A DNA stretch of 32,000 nucleotides from Candidatus Nanopusillus sp. (GCA_046533775.1 JAWDOO010000001.1:30001-62000); one strand, 5' to 3'. Shown: positions 18,145 through 24,397, counted from the stretch's first letter. Program-made: numbers and translations. The notes: generated by a model from the letters alone, not told the origin.

Positions 18145-18868
18145 TTTTTATTAATTCTATAAATTCTTTAGCATTTTTATACATCATTGAATTATTAAAC
18201 ATTACATAACTATCTTTTTTATTATATTTTAATACTTTTTCCTTTATTCTATTTAATTCTTCCTTTGAATAATCATAATTATATATTAACCTATTTCCCT
18301 CATGTAATCCATGTAATCTATAATATTTTATATCAGAATCATATACTGGTTCCTCAACATTTATATCTACAATATCTATTAAATCAAATTCTCTACATAT
18401 CTTTTCCCTATTTTCTTTACTCCATCCCCTTAGTTCTATTGCTATTTTATATTTTTTACCAATCGAATTAAAGAAATTATATGCATTTTCAATATTTTCT
18501 TTTGTATCTTTAAATGAATTTGGTAATTGAATAATAATTATATTTGCTCTTAATATATTTGAAATTTCTTCCTGTTTTTCCCAAAATTCAAATACTTCCT
18601 TTGTATTTCTTAAATATCCAACCTTTCCCTTTAATTCTTTATAATCTTTTATTTTTGATCTTCTCCATGTAAAAGAATTTACATCATGAGTAATACCTTG
18701 GAATGCTTTAAATGTAAATTCAAAATTTTCAGGCGCTTCATTTCTTATTTTTCTAACCCATTCAATATCTGGTATTGAATAAAAAGTACTATTTATTTCT
18801 ATTACATTGAATTCTTCATAATATTTTTTCCTTGATATAGGAAATCCACAGGTTCCTACTTTTATCAT
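18137..18868 (-). CDS. DUF72 (UPF0759) family protein
   Basis: 243 aa. The stretch IKVGTCGFPISRKKYYEEFNVIEINSTFYSIP...FEFTFKAFQGITH matches the DUF72 N-terminal signature (GtsGW...vEiNstFY...F.F.vK...iTH). Confidence 0.7.
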   Translation of the reverse strand: MIKVGTCGFPISRKKYYEEFNVIEINSTFYSIPDIEWVRKIRNEAPENFEFTFKAFQGITHDVNSFTWRRSKIKDYKELKGKVGYLRNTKEVFEFWEKQEEISNILRANIIIIQLPNSFKDTKENIENAYNFFNSIGKKYKIAIELRGWSKENREKICREFDLIDIVDINVEEPVYDSDIKYYRLHGLHEGNRLIYNYDYSKEELNRIKEKVLKYNKKDSYVMFNNSMMYKNAKEFIELIKNV

Positions 18869-18901
18869 AAATATTATTTTATAATTATGTATAAAAGAAC
18901 C

Positions 18902-18974
18902 CGGGCCCGGGGGGATTCGAACCCCCGATCTTCGGGTTAAGAGCCCGACGCTTTACCAACTAAGCTACGGGCCC
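18902..18974 (-). tRNA. tRNA-Lys (anticodon CUU), 73 nt, no encoded CCA
   Basis: Minus strand: GGGCCCG-TA-GCTT-AGTTGGTA-AAGC-G-TCGGG-CTCTTAA-CCCGA-AGATC-GGGGG-TTCGAAT-CCCCC-CGGGCCC-G. This is a perfect cloverleaf with a 7-bp all-GC acceptor stem, a TTCGAAT T-loop and anticodon loop C-T-CTT-A-A. The 3' flank is GG, not CCA. Confidence 0.95.
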
Positions 18975-19007
18975 AATATAAATTTTATGATAAAAAGAAA
19001 TTATAAA

Positions 19008-19586
19008 TTATTCTATATTATAATCTTTTATTTCTGGTATAAAATTTTTTATGATTTCTTTTTGTTCTTTACTTAAATTCAAATCTTTAACATTTATTGA
19101 TATTTTCTTATTATTCTCATCAATATTTACATCAATATTATTTTTAGAAATATTATATGTTATACTTAATATTCCCAAAATTTTTTCTTTTAAATCTATA
19201 ACTTCTCTATTTAATTTTATTACATATAATAGATCTTTACCAGCATATGGATGGTTAAAATCTACAATAACCCTTCCACTATTTACAGATCTTATAATAC
19301 CAACCATATTATCTACATTTACAACCAAATTTGGTATTGGATTTATATTTCTTTTATAAAATTCACTAATAGGTATTATTTTAATTAAACTTGGATCTCT
19401 TTCTCCAAAAGGTCTTTTTAATAAAAAGGTATATTCTTTCCCATATTCTGCATTAACCAACTTTTCTTCAATTTCTTTATTCAATATATTATATCCTAAA
19501 GGGATTATTACTGGTTCATTTGTTTTTTCCAATAATCTATTATCTTGATCATATATTGAATACTCAATCTCAACCCATTTTACCAT
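19008..19586 (-). CDS. FKBP-type peptidyl-prolyl cis-trans isomerase (archaeal short SlyD-like type)
   Basis: 192 aa. It has the IEYSIYDQDNRLLEKT start, an IF-domain-like insert, and the signature VDFNHPYAGKDLLYVIKL (DFNHPLAGK). Confidence 0.75.
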   Translation of the reverse strand: MVKWVEIEYSIYDQDNRLLEKTNEPVIIPLGYNILNKEIEEKLVNAEYGKEYTFLLKRPFGERDPSLIKIIPISEFYKRNINPIPNLVVNVDNMVGIIRSVNSGRVIVDFNHPYAGKDLLYVIKLNREVIDLKEKILGILSITYNISKNNIDVNIDENNKKISINVKDLNLSKEQKEIIKNFIPEIKDYNIE

Positions 19587-19681
19587 TGATGAAAAATCTA
19601 AATAAAGTTTATATAAATTATTTAAAGTTTTTGATTATCTAAAAAAGATAGTTTTATTAATTTTATTTTCAAAAAAATTTA

Positions 19682-20755
19682 ATGGTTAATGATACGGAGA
19701 TTTTTGATAAAGAGCTGGAAGAATATCTAGCACAAGCAACAAAGAGAATAAAAGTTATTGGATGTGGCGGTGGTGGAAGTAATACAATTTCTACATTATA
19801 TAGTATGGGAATTGAGGGTCCAGAATTAATAGCAGTAAATACTGATGTTAGACATTTGTTAATAACAAAAGCACATAAAAAAATATTAGTAGGAAAACAA
19901 TTAACAAAAGGTTTAGGTGCAGGAAAAGATCCTAAAGTTGGAGAAGAAGCTGCAAAAGAATCAGAACAAGAATTAAAAAAAGCAATAGAAGGTTCTGATG
20001 TTGTATTTTTAACTTGTGGTCTTGGTGGGGGATCTGGAGGTGGTGGATGTCCGGTTATTGCTGAAATTGCAAAAAAGATGGGAGCATTGGTAATTGCAAT
20101 ATGTACATGGCCTTTCTCTGTAGAAGGTGCAAATATATGGGATAATGCTTTATATTCTTTGGAAAAATTAGAAAACAATGTTGATTTATTAGTAATTATT
20201 CCAAATGATAAACTACAAGCTTTATATCCAAATATTCCATTAATTCAAGCATTTAAAGTTGCAGATTCATTATTGGCAAATGCATTAAAAGATCTAACAG
20301 AATTATTAACAAAACCAGGATATATAAATGTAGATTTTGCAGATTTTAGATCAATTGTAGCTGGCTCAGGATATGGTGTATTTGGAGTTGGAGAATCAAA
20401 TTCAGAAAATAAAGCTACAGAAGCTGTTCAAAGAGCATTAAACAATCCATTAGTTGATGTAGATGCTACAGGAGCAAAAGCTGCATTAGTAAGAATTGTT
20501 GCATCACCAGATGTAACACCTACTGATATAAATAAAATATTGGATACAGTAAAATCTGTATTAGATCCAAAAGCAAAAATAATACAAGGTATTACATTTG
20601 AAGAAGATAAAAAGAACTATGTAAGAGTATCATTAACAATTACAAAATTAAAGGCTCCTCCATCATTTATATTAGGAATAAAATCTGGAGAGAAAGAAAT
20701 AAAACCTGAGGAACAGAAAAAGCTAGAAAGTGATCTTGGAATTGAAGTTATTTAG
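19682..20755 (+). CDS. ftsZ: Cell division GTPase FtsZ
   Basis: 357 aa. Motifs are IKVIGCGGGGSNTI, AVNTDVRHL, the G-box region VFLTCGLGGGSGGGGCPVIAEIAKKMGALVIAICTWPFSVEG, and NDKL. Confidence 0.9.
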   Translation: MVNDTEIFDKELEEYLAQATKRIKVIGCGGGGSNTISTLYSMGIEGPELIAVNTDVRHLLITKAHKKILVGKQLTKGLGAGKDPKVGEEAAKESEQELKKAIEGSDVVFLTCGLGGGSGGGGCPVIAEIAKKMGALVIAICTWPFSVEGANIWDNALYSLEKLENNVDLLVIIPNDKLQALYPNIPLIQAFKVADSLLANALKDLTELLTKPGYINVDFADFRSIVAGSGYGVFGVGESNSENKATEAVQRALNNPLVDVDATGAKAALVRIVASPDVTPTDINKILDTVKSVLDPKAKIIQGITFEEDKKNYVRVSLTITKLKAPPSFILGIKSGEKEIKPEEQKKLESDLGIEVI

Positions 20756-21185
20756 ATTTTTCTATTAATTTTAAACTATTTATAGGTACATTTAATTGTA
20801 AAGGAACTGGAACATCAATTAATTCTATTGTTACTTCCTTTTTCTTTTCATCTATATTTATTATTTTTCCTCTAGTTCCTTTAAATGCTCCAGATAATAC
20901 TTCTACTATATCATTTATATCATATTTAACTTTTTCTTCTTCAAAGTATTTCAATAAATCTTCTATTGGAATTTCTTGAGGTATTACTCTTCTAACATGT
21001 CTTATTCCTAATACAGCTCTCTGTAATTCTAAAGAATTTGTTGTTTCAACAAATAGATATCCTTTTACACCTGGTATTTGCATTATAGAATATATAGCAT
21101 ACTTTCCATTTTTTCCCTCATTTGCTAAAATATCTGCTACAAGTTCTTCCCTTCCAGATGTTACAACTATGGCATATATTGGCAT
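20748..21185 (-). CDS. spt5: Transcription elongation factor Spt5 (archaeal NusG)
   Basis: 145 aa. It has an NGN domain (IYAIVVTSGREELVADIL...KGYLFVE) and a KOW motif (GAFKGTRGKIINIDEKKKEVTIEL). Its 3' end overlaps the ftsZ 3' end by 8 nt, with the genes convergent. Confidence 0.85.
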   Translation of the reverse strand: MPIYAIVVTSGREELVADILANEGKNGKYAIYSIMQIPGVKGYLFVETTNSLELQRAVLGIRHVRRVIPQEIPIEDLLKYFEEEKVKYDINDIVEVLSGAFKGTRGKIINIDEKKKEVTIELIDVPVPLQLNVPINSLKLIEKSK

Positions 21186-21352
21186 ATCATTATACTATAC
21201 TGTAAACTTATAAATATAGGCAATACAATAGCTGAAACCAATGCAAAGAATAATAATGTAATATAAACCAATTTCTTTACTTCATTCCAACTAGGTTTAT
21301 TAGCTGTTTCATATACTTCTTTCATTTCCTTTATACTATCAATAATACTCAT
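21167..21352 (-). CDS. secE: Preprotein translocase subunit SecE (Sec61-gamma)
   Basis: 61 aa with a single C-terminal TM helix. It has the canonical position immediately upstream of spt5 and overlaps it by 19 nt. The KPSWNEVKK segment precedes the TM helix as in SecE. Confidence 0.65.
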   Translation of the reverse strand: MSIIDSIKEMKEVYETANKPSWNEVKKLVYITLLFFALVSAIVLPIFISLQYSIMICQYMP

Positions 21353-21362
21353 TATAATAATC

Positions 21363-21380
21363 TTTAAAATATATTTTAAA
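21363..21380. promoter_or_regulatory. 18-nt perfect A/T palindrome; candidate bidirectional TATA element for secE (-) and rpl11 (+)
   Basis: TTTAAAATATATTTTAAA is its own reverse complement. The half-site TTTAAAAT lies at -30..-23 from the rpl11 ATG (21393). The mirrored half-site lies at -28..-21 from the secE ATG (21352). Both fit leaderless transcription from a 40-nt divergent spacer. Confidence 0.4.
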
Positions 21381-21392
21381 AAACAAATCTAT

Positions 21393-21872
21393 ATGGGAAA
21401 AGAAGTTATAGAATTATTAGTAGAAGGTGGAAATGCTAAACCAGGACCAAATATAGGACCAAAATTGAGTCAATTAAAATTAAACGTTGGAGAAGTAATA
21501 AGTAAGATAAATGAAGCAACGAAAGAATTTAAAGGTCTACAAGTACCTGTAAAAATAATAGTAGATACAGAAACAAGAAAATATGAAATAGAAGTAGGAT
21601 TACCACCAACATCATCATTATTAAAAAGAGAAGCAAATATAGAAGTTGCAAAGAGAACAAAACCAGATGAAGTGGTTGGAAATGTTAAAATGGAACAAAT
21701 AATAAAGGTAGCAAAAATGAAAATGAAAGATTTAAATACTAATAATTTAAAATCTGCAGTAAAAATGGTTCTAGGGACAGCATTATCTTTAGGATTAACA
21801 GTAGATAATAAAAATCCAAAAGAATTAATAAAAGAAGTAGATCAAGGTTTATATGATAATTTATTAAAATGA
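21393..21872 (+). CDS. rpl11: 50S ribosomal protein L11 (uL11)
   Basis: 159 aa. Matching segments are GGNAKPGPNIGPKLSQLKLNVGEVISKINEATKEFKGLQVPVKIIVD and LPPTSSLLKRE. Confidence 0.9.
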   Translation: MGKEVIELLVEGGNAKPGPNIGPKLSQLKLNVGEVISKINEATKEFKGLQVPVKIIVDTETRKYEIEVGLPPTSSLLKREANIEVAKRTKPDEVVGNVKMEQIIKVAKMKMKDLNTNNLKSAVKMVLGTALSLGLTVDNKNPKELIKEVDQGLYDNLLK

Positions 21873-22024
21873 TATTTGATATTTTAAGTTTTTTTATCGG
21901 TCTAATATCTGGGATAATTATATCATTTATTATAATCTTTTTAATTATAAGACATTATATAAAGAAATACTTCTCATCTAAAAAATCAATAAGAGATATA
22001 ATAGAGCTATTTTCTAAAAAATAA
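21869..22024 (+). CDS. Candidate small single-pass membrane protein (51 aa), unannotated in the ORF track
   Basis: Its ATG at 21869 overlaps the rpl11 stop (ATGA). My translation is MIFDILSFFIGLISGIIISFIIIFLIIRHYIKKYFSSKKSIRDIIELFSKK, with stop TAA at 22022-22024. It is a TM helix followed by a basic tail. It fills most of an otherwise unexplained 183-nt gap between rpl11 and rpl1. Confidence 0.35.
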   Translation: MIFDILSFFIGLISGIIISFIIIFLIIRHYIKKYFSSKKSIRDIIELFSKK

Positions 22025-22055
22025 TTTTTAAATATATTCCATATTTCATTTTTCT

Positions 22056-22709
22056 ATGGATGTTAAAAATATACAATCTCTCATAGAAAAATCAAAAAAG
22101 AGAAGATTTAAACAAACAGTAGAATTAATAATTAATTTAAAGAAAGAATATGATTTGAACAAAAGTGAAAATAGATTTACAGAATATGTTGAATTACCTA
22201 AAGGTAGAGGAAAGAAAATAAAAATTGCTGTAGTTGTTGGACCAGAATTAGAAAAGCCAGCAAAAGAAATATTTGATTTTGTATTGGTTAAAGATAAAAT
22301 AAAGGAAATTGCTGAAAATAAGAGAGAAGCAAAAAAATTGGTTAGGAGATATTATATTTTTGTAGCACAAGCATCAACTATGGCAGATTTAGGAAGATAT
22401 TTAGGTAAATATCTATCTACAAAAAATAAAATGCCAAATCCAAAATATGGAATGATAATTCCAGATAATGCAAATCAAGATTTCTTAAGATCAATTTATA
22501 ATAGATTACAAAATATGGTTAGAGTTGTTGTAAAGAATCATAAAACTATTGGTATACCAATTGGAACTGAAGATATGAATTATGAAGATATATTAGAAAA
22601 TGCTAATCATGTACTAGAATATTTTATTAATAGAGTTCCTGGAAATAAAAATAGCATAAAGAGTGTTTATATAAAGCTAACAATGAGTAATTCTATAAGA
22701 ATAATTTAA
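22056..22709 (+). CDS. rpl1: 50S ribosomal protein L1 (uL1)
   Basis: 217 aa. It has RRFKQTVELIINLK, the order L11-L1-P0, and typical length. Confidence 0.85.
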   Translation: MDVKNIQSLIEKSKKRRFKQTVELIINLKKEYDLNKSENRFTEYVELPKGRGKKIKIAVVVGPELEKPAKEIFDFVLVKDKIKEIAENKREAKKLVRRYYIFVAQASTMADLGRYLGKYLSTKNKMPNPKYGMIIPDNANQDFLRSIYNRLQNMVRVVVKNHKTIGIPIGTEDMNYEDILENANHVLEYFINRVPGNKNSIKSVYIKLTMSNSIRII

Positions 22710-22710
22710 A

Positions 22711-23574
22711 ATGGTATCCCAACAAAAAGTATTATATGTAAATGACTTATATTCTAAATTATCAAGTTCTAAGATAATTGGAATAGCAAATATAATGGAT
22801 ATTCCTGCGAATTCTTTACAAGTAATTAGAAAAAAGCTAAAGGAAATGGATATTGATGTAAAAGTTGTTAAAAAGAACCTTTTTGTTAGAGCTTTAGAAA
22901 AAATTAATGATCCAAATATTAAAAAGATGATAGATATAATTGAAGAAAATAAAAGAATTACAGTTCTATTAATATTACCAAAAGAGGAAATAAATCCATT
23001 CTTATTAAACAAAATATTAGAAGAAAATAAAAGCTATAGATCAGCTAAAGAAGGAGATATATTGGAAGAGGATGTAATAATAAGAGCTGGACCCACAAAT
23101 TTAACACCTGGTCCTGTATTAACTGAATTAAAGAAATACAATATAAAAACAAAGGTTGAAAATGGAAAAATTGTTATAACTGAAGATGCATTGGTAGCAA
23201 AGAAAGGCCAAAAAGTTGATATTGGATTGGTATCATTATTACAGAAATTTAATATAACTCCAATACCTGTAAAAATAAAATTATTATTAGTATATGACGG
23301 AAAAACATTATATACATATGATATATTATCAACACCTTTAGAAGAATATATAAATCAATTAAGATCTGGATTTAGAAAAGCTATATCATTGACAGTAGAA
23401 ATTTCATTCCCAACAAAAGAAAATATAAGGATATTATTAACCAAAGCATATCAAAACTTAGTAAAATTATCATTAAATACTGGAGTACCAACAAAAGACA
23501 CAATAAAAGATCTATTGAAAATTACAAATAGAAGATCTATAACATTAAAAGAAAAGCTAAATATTAAAGAATAG
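22711..23574 (+). CDS. rpl10: 50S ribosomal stalk protein P0 (uL10), short form lacking the acidic C-terminal tail
   Basis: 287 aa, starting 2 nt after the rpl1 stop. The N-terminal uL10 domain pattern and the operon position support the call. It ends ...ITNRRSITLKEKLNIKE, with no Glu/Asp-rich linker and no GLxxLF-type terminal peptide. Confidence 0.75.
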   Translation: MVSQQKVLYVNDLYSKLSSSKIIGIANIMDIPANSLQVIRKKLKEMDIDVKVVKKNLFVRALEKINDPNIKKMIDIIEENKRITVLLILPKEEINPFLLNKILEENKSYRSAKEGDILEEDVIIRAGPTNLTPGPVLTELKKYNIKTKVENGKIVITEDALVAKKGQKVDIGLVSLLQKFNITPIPVKIKLLLVYDGKTLYTYDILSTPLEEYINQLRSGFRKAISLTVEISFPTKENIRILLTKAYQNLVKLSLNTGVPTKDTIKDLLKITNRRSITLKEKLNIKE

Positions 23575-23634
23575 ACTAATTTTATGTTTTACATAGATAA
23601 TTTTATCCAAAGCTTTGGAATATTTAGAGATTAG

Positions 23635-23645
23635 TTTTATTTTTT
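23635..23645 (+). terminator. Oligo-T tract downstream of rpl10 (candidate archaeal termination signal)
   Basis: TTTTATTTTTT lies about 60 nt after the rpl10 stop and is preceded by the 12-nt palindrome CCAAAGCTTTGG (23607-23618). T-tracts are common by chance in this AT-rich DNA. Confidence 0.25.
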
Positions 23646-23696
23646 AGTAGGTACATTATTAATAATATTTATAAATATTTCTTTAATTTTTTATAC

Positions 23697-24299
23697 ATGT
23701 CACCACAAAATAATTATAAATTAACTGATAAGGCTACAATAAGAAATCTTGAAAGTATATTAAAAATACTTGATAATGAAAAACCAGTATTAATAGGTGG
23801 AATAGCTGTAGCTGCATATGCAAATTATTATAATATAAATTATGATAGAAAAACTGGAGATATAGATTTTATAATAAATGAAAATAAAAAGATAGATACA
23901 AAAGAAATAATATATAAAGAATTATCAAACATATCTATTAAAGAAGGACAAATATTTGGATATGATGGAATTGAAATTAAATATAGAGATGGTCCTAGCA
24001 TAAGTATATTATTTAAAGATAAAAAAGTTCCATATAATAAAATAGAACTAAAAATAGGAAAAAGGAAAATAAAATTATATATTGCTAAGATGGAATATCT
24101 TTTAGTAGATAAAATATTTACTTATTTAGATAGAAGAGAAGAAAAAGACCTTAGAGATATAGAAATACTATCTTATTTAATGAAAAAATATGGCTATAAT
24201 AAAGAATTACTTTATGAAATATTTGATGAATATTCTAAAAAATATAGAAAATATTCTTTCGAAGCTAAGGGTATTATAGAAAACAAATTATCAGCGTAG
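23697..24299 (+). CDS. Minimal nucleotidyltransferase-fold protein, AbiEii/MNT-like (orphan)
   Basis: 200 aa. The segment VLIGGIAVAAYANYYNINYDRKTGDIDFII has the GG...(R)xxGDxD layout of pol-beta-superfamily NTases, as seen in AbiEii-type toxins. The C-terminal LLVDKIFTYLDRREEKDLRDIEILSYL resembles the AbiEii C-terminal K..a...R....D.yD motif. Confidence 0.5.
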   Translation: MSPQNNYKLTDKATIRNLESILKILDNEKPVLIGGIAVAAYANYYNINYDRKTGDIDFIINENKKIDTKEIIYKELSNISIKEGQIFGYDGIEIKYRDGPSISILFKDKKVPYNKIELKIGKRKIKLYIAKMEYLLVDKIFTYLDRREEKDLRDIEILSYLMKKYGYNKELLYEIFDEYSKKYRKYSFEAKGIIENKLSA

Positions 24300-24340
24300 C
24301 CGTATTCATCATTTTTCAGTTTCAAGCCAACCACATCATT
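24291..24340 (-). ncRNA. Archaeal C/D box sRNA (2'-O-methylation guide)
   Basis: Minus strand: A-AUGAUGU (C, 24339-24333) GGUUGGCUUGAAA (13-nt guide) CUGA (D', 24319-24316) AAA AUGAUGA (C', 24312-24306) AUACGGCUACG (11-nt guide) CUGA (D, 24294-24291). Box order, box sequences, the 3-nt D'-C' linker, the roughly 12-nt guides and the roughly 50-nt size all fit the archaeal consensus. Confidence 0.8.
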
Positions 24341-24345
24341 ATTCT

Positions 24346-24397
24346 CCCCTACCTGGAGGAACTGGTTCATATATCCCCAGTGCATGGCAGGTAGGGA
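24346..24397 (-). ncRNA. GC-rich bipartite hairpin of unknown function (H/ACA-like geometry); strand assignment tentative
   Basis: The lower stem pairs 24347-24355 (ccctacctg) with 24388-24396 (caggtaggg), 9 bp, plus a U-G pair on the minus strand. There is an internal loop of 5 and 6 nt. The upper stem pairs 24361-24365 (actgg) with 24377-24381 (ccagt) around an 11-nt loop. On the minus strand the stem is followed by AGA-AUA and then box C of the sRNA. Confidence 0.45.

Noticed and set aside
19669-20178. 169-aa minus-strand ORF antisense to ftsZ
   Set aside because: It is a Pro/Ser/Phe-rich translation produced by the complement of the Gly-rich FtsZ G-box DNA. FtsZ on the plus strand is unambiguous.
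22677-23012. 111-aa minus-strand ORF antisense to the rpl1/rpl10 junction, and similar antisense ORFs elsewhere
   Set aside because: These are hydrophobic, low-complexity products of AT-rich antisense frames, and each lies inside a confidently assigned gene. The other cases are 6690-6899, 7900-8100, 9163-9387, 9931-10203, 10388-10630, 12593-12838, 15854-16060, 16615-16851, 18265-18471, 19051-19359, 24854-25057, 28277-28474, 30526-30744 and 30763-31128.
23607-23618. Perfect 12-nt palindrome CCAAAGCTTTGG after rpl10
   Set aside because: It is short and isolated (it contains a HindIII site). It would form only a loop-less 6-bp stem and has no repeated copies elsewhere in the window.
24361-24381. 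T-arm-like string (ctGGTTCATATATCCccag) suggesting a tRNA fragment or split-tRNA half next to xerA
   Set aside because: The loop is 11 nt, not 7. No acceptor, D or anticodon arms can be built on either strand, and there is no GC-rich complementary leader or trailer of the kind seen in split tRNA halves.
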